DNA of 64,000 nucleotides from an uncultured bacterium (GTDB lineage Bacteria; Chlamydiota; Chlamydiia; Chlamydiales; JAAZZY01): NCBI GenBank assembly GCA_964612505.1, contig CAZTEX010000011.1, positions 1,441 to 65,440 of the forward strand, read 5' to 3'. Shown piece by piece: positions 63,460 to 64,000 of this stretch (position 1 is its first letter; each line of letters starts with the position of its first letter). The notes under the pieces were generated by a model. It saw only the letters and a program-made list of their open reading frames with translations, ran no database searches and was not told where the DNA came from. The position numbers and the translations under genes were made by a program.

Positions 63460-63831
63460 TTATTTAGGGCGTTTCGCGCCGTATTTAGAACGACTTTGTT
63501 TTCTATTTTCAACGGCAGCGCAGTCTAAAGCTCCGCGAACGATATGATATCTTACCCCAGGAAGGTCTTTTACACGACCACCACGTACAAGTACGATACT
63601 GTGCTCTTGAAGGTTGTGTCCTTCTCCACCAATATAGGCAATGACTTCATGGCCATTGGATAGTCTGACCCAAGCCACTTTTCGAAGAGCCGAGTTTGGT
63701 TTTTTAGGCGTTTTAGTTTTTACCTGCAAGCACACCCCACGTCTTTGAGGACATTTTTGAAGTGCTGGAGACTTATTACGTCTAACTTTGTCTTTTCTGT
63801 TGCTCTTAATCAGCTGATTGATTGTTGGCAT
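63460..63831 (-). CDS. rpsL: 30S ribosomal protein S12
   Basis: 123 aa. [33 protein letters not shown].. Confidence 0.98.
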   Translation of the reverse strand: MPTINQLIKSNRKDKVRRNKSPALQKCPQRRGVCLQVKTKTPKKPNSALRKVAWVRLSNGHEVIAYIGGEGHNLQEHSIVLVRGGRVKDLPGVRYHIVRGALDCAAVENRKQSRSKYGAKRPK

Positions 63832-64000
63832 TTAGCTTGTTACTCCTATGAGAATGGGATTAAAATATCAGTAAACTGAAAAGTTTAGGGCATACTTTAG
63901 CATAGAAGAAGAATTATTGGCAAAAGGATTCAATGTGGTTTTTTAAGAGTTTAAAAAATTATTTATTAAGTTTGTTCAATTGTCAGTTTTTTTACATTTA

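Noticed and set aside
1-64000. A window-wide scan for CRISPR arrays, rRNA/tRNA genes, transposases/integrases, toxin-antitoxin pairs and known defence-system hallmarks.
   Set aside because: No regularly spaced repeats, no RNA-gene-like conserved segments in the intergenic regions, and no ORF with recombinase, nuclease or TA-like motifs were seen. This was a scan by eye only, so small RNAs could have been missed.

Overview
This is a densely coded, low-GC bacterial chromosome segment. By gene content and order it looks like an environmental member of the Chlamydiota (Parachlamydiaceae-like). The supporting evidence is nrdR-dksA-lspA, hrcA-grpE-dnaK without dnaJ, rpsL-rpsG-fusA-rpsJ without tuf or rplC, and an Inc-like bilobed membrane protein. 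This taxonomic call is inference and has not been searched. About 55 CDS are supportable. They cover housekeeping functions (smc 5' part, serS, uvrA, cinA, the heat-shock operon, icd, an E2 acyltransferase, gpmA, nifS/nifU, birA, a SEDS protein, the str operon). They also cover LPS genes (gmhA, lpxK, kdsD), a metal-efflux pair (VIT1-like plus P1B-4 ATPase), a large NAD-GDH, and three adjacent RNA-modification genes. I saw no rRNA, tRNA, CRISPR or transposase. The accessory content is more interesting. (1) An outer-membrane beta-barrel family cluster lies downstream of dnaK. It holds two single-module genes, one decayed pseudogene copy, and a 916-aa ORF made of three tandem barrel modules under one signal peptide, which could be a single-chain porin 'trimer'. 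(2) A minus-strand island holds two J-domain-like (HPD) modules. One sits in a frameshifted small ORF, and the other sits in an ORF that appears frame-shift-split from an upstream membrane protein. (3) A sugar-nucleotide modification cluster carries WbpB/E/D-like genes, a CgeB-like GT, a sulfotransferase and an MFS transporter. (4) A repeat protein is interrupted by an in-frame TAA. (5) UvrA lacks its insertion domain. (6) There are eukaryote-like enzymes (a GT90/POGLUT-like enzyme, a sulfotransferase, a type-II IDH). All functional calls come from reading motifs by eye, and no database search was possible.
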